The position numbers and the translations under genes are program-made. Shown in pieces: positions 47,017-48,468 of a DNA stretch of 48,468 nt. This DNA is from an uncultured Thermoplasmatales archaeon (GTDB lineage Archaea; Thermoplasmatota; E2; DHVEG-1). The notes under the pieces were generated by a model. That model was not told where the DNA came from. It saw only the letters and a list, made by a program, of their open reading frames with translations, and searched no databases. Location: the NCBI GenBank assembly GCA_964594475.1, contig CAZQMI010000003.1, positions 1-48,468 on the forward strand, given 5' to 3'. Positions within the stretch are counted from its first letter, which is position 1, and every line of letters begins with the position of its first letter.

Positions 47017-47050
47017 ATTGAGGAACACCATATCCTCAAATCCTTTTTTT
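47017..47050 (+). terminator. Hairpin TTGAGGA-ACACCATA-TCCTCAA followed by T7
   Basis: 7-bp perfect stem at 47017-47023 / 47032-47038, then T7 at 47043-47049. It begins 5 nt after the aEF-2 stop. Confidence 0.55.
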
Positions 47051-47151
47051 CTTAATTCAATCAACTATATGCTAAACAATATAATCTGTTTTGAAGAATT
47101 AAAAAGATTTATAATAATGCATGCTATTCTCCATCGTACTAGTAGGGATGC

Positions 47152-47505
47152 ATGATGGATAGAGGAAAAATACCGATCAATAAACACTACGAACTTGAAT
47201 ATCGATACCATGACCGAGATAGCAGTTATAAATATTTCAACCGAAAATTCGAAGTCTACCTCCTAGAAAAAAAAGCACTCAAACCACAGTATCATCTGCA
47301 CATGGACAACAGTGACACCAAACAAATCAGCCCCAGTGTATACAAAGCATCACATGGGAACAAAAAATTCGATTTCGGCGTCACCACCCTGAACTGGAAC
47401 GATATCAAAAACACCTTTCTTGATTACGTCGTAGATGAAATCGGGGAAAATCATCGAACACAAGCAAAAAAAGCAATAGGGAAACTATCGTCTCCCAAGC
47501 TCTAA
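47152..47505 (+). CDS. Hypothetical protein (117 aa)
   Basis: Clean ORF with ordinary-looking composition between the EF-2 terminator and the MCM 3' end. No family recognised. Confidence 0.45.
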   Translation: MMDRGKIPINKHYELEYRYHDRDSSYKYFNRKFEVYLLEKKALKPQYHLHMDNSDTKQISPSVYKASHGNKKFDFGVTTLNWNDIKNTFLDYVVDEIGENHRTQAKKAIGKLSSPKL

Positions 47506-47518
47506 AAACATTCTTTTT

Positions 47519-48468
47519 TTAATACTCAGTGACCCGATACTTGCCATGCTCCGGTTCATAGATCTGACCATTGCGTTTCATCTTATCAAGGATCTCACCG
47601 ACCTTAGTAGCATCCATACCACTGGCTTCAGCTTCGATCAAGATCTCATTTCTTGGTGCCCAATCATCATTTGATTCATCACTAATGGTCTTAATGATAT
47701 CAATAATCGAACGCATCCGCTCATGCTGAGAATGACTGATACCAGTGGCAATGATATCAATATCAAATTTACCGGTCTCCCGGTCCATACCCACTCGACG
47801 TAAATACTGATCAATGATATTAATCGCTCTCTTCGCATCAGCAACCGTTACCTCCTCGCTCAACCGCACACGGGCACTAGCCTCAGCAAGTCGCACAAAA
47901 GCTTCCAACTGCCGAGGAGTAAAAGGAACCGAGTCCTTAGATTGACTGCGCAGGTTCACATAGTAATTCCGAATCAAATCCATAGCCTCATCATGCATCA
48001 CCGGATACACATGCCGCTTGGCATAAGCAACATATTTACGTAAAAACTCAGGCGAAAGAATAGGAATGATAGGTTCAAACAAACGTTCTTGATCCTCCTT
48101 AGAATGAACGGATTGCTTTGATTTCAACAGATTCTCACCTACTTCACCAGCTTTATGAGTATTCAAAATATGAGTGGCCAATTGCGTATCCCGATCACCA
48201 CTAGGCTTATCCTGAATGGAAAAAATCAGATCAAACCGGGACAACAGAGCCGGTGGCATATTGATCTGCTCCGGAATAGGAATAAAATCATCAAACCGAC
48301 CCAGCTTAGGATTAGCCGCAGCAAGCACAGCACACCGCGACTTCAAGGTCGCATTAATCCCAGCCTTGGCAACTGATATCTCCTGCTGCTCCATCGCCTG
48401 ATGCAAGCTACTTCTATCCTGCGCATCCATCTTATCAATCTCATCAATACAAGCAATACCCATATCCG
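47519..48468 (-). CDS. mcm: MCM replicative helicase, C-terminal half (5' part beyond the window end)
   Basis: Walker B CIDEIDKM, sensor-1 AVLAAANP, arginine finger SRFDLIF, sensor-2 FTPRQLEAFVRL and a C-terminal winged helix. The reading frame is open to the window edge. Confidence 0.95.
   Translation of the reverse strand, partial: DMGIACIDEIDKMDAQDRSSLHQAMEQQEISVAKAGINATLKSRCAVLAAANPKLGRFDDFIPIPEQINMPPALLSRFDLIFSIQDKPSGDRDTQLATHILNTHKAGEVGENLLKSKQSVHSKEDQERLFEPIIPILSPEFLRKYVAYAKRHVYPVMHDEAMDLIRNYYVNLRSQSKDSVPFTPRQLEAFVRLAEASARVRLSEEVTVADAKRAINIIDQYLRRVGMDRETGKFDIDIIATGISHSQHERMRSIIDIIKTISDESNDDWAPRNEILIEAEASGMDATKVGEILDKMKRNGQIYEPEHGKYRVTEY

Noticed and set aside
1-48468. CRISPR arrays, IS elements, prophage genes, rRNA, inteins
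   Set aside because: No regularly spaced direct repeats, transposase or integrase motifs, or phage structural genes were seen on either strand. EF-2 and ThiC have normal lengths with uninterrupted motifs, and so does the visible part of MCM.

Overview
Densely coding archaeal chromosomal segment with about 43 protein genes and 2 tRNAs. I saw no rRNA, CRISPR array, transposase or integrase. The archaeal assignment rests on the uS12-uS7-aEF2 string (43733-47012), an MCM helicase that runs off the window end, diphthine synthase, KptA/Tpt1, TTTAAATA-type TATA boxes and GGTGAT/GGAGG Shine-Dalgarno motifs. All functional calls come from motif recognition by eye; no searches were run.

Housekeeping genes (rpiA, purF, thiC, M29 aminopeptidase, SAM hydrolase, VIT1, CaCA antiporter) are interleaved with many secreted or membrane hydrolases. 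These are a C25 gingipain-like peptidase, a 1575-aa subtilisin fused to a long parallel beta-helix, a 2xLTD-CARDB-2xHKD(PLD) protein, a C45/Ntn hydrolase, a transglutaminase-like lipoprotein, and rhomboid and presenilin-type intramembrane proteases. By inference this fits a protein/DNA-scavenging heterotrophic archaeon.

Best candidates for undescribed biology:
1. A divergent actin-fold ATPase with a polybasic tail, flanked by a 4-TM membrane protein and a coiled-coil protein (40985-43405).
2. A HerA-like ATPase with a C-terminal endonuclease-III-type Cx6Cx2Cx5C Fe-S loop, abutting (TAAATG) a transglutaminase-like lipoprotein (35868-38852).
3. A stand-alone RAM-domain protein ATGA-coupled to a 10-TM DMT-like transporter that carries its own C-terminal RAM domain (16523-18006).
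4. A GNAT-like / 1102-aa surface protein / sulfotransferase module (7193-12803).
5. The LTD-PLD protein, whose C-terminal anchor coding region overlaps a rhomboid protease gene (28202-32987).

Two genes (the LTD-PLD protein and the actin-like protein) encode clearly functional N-terminal elements upstream of any canonical start codon. This points to assembly indels or substitutions, or to non-canonical initiation.
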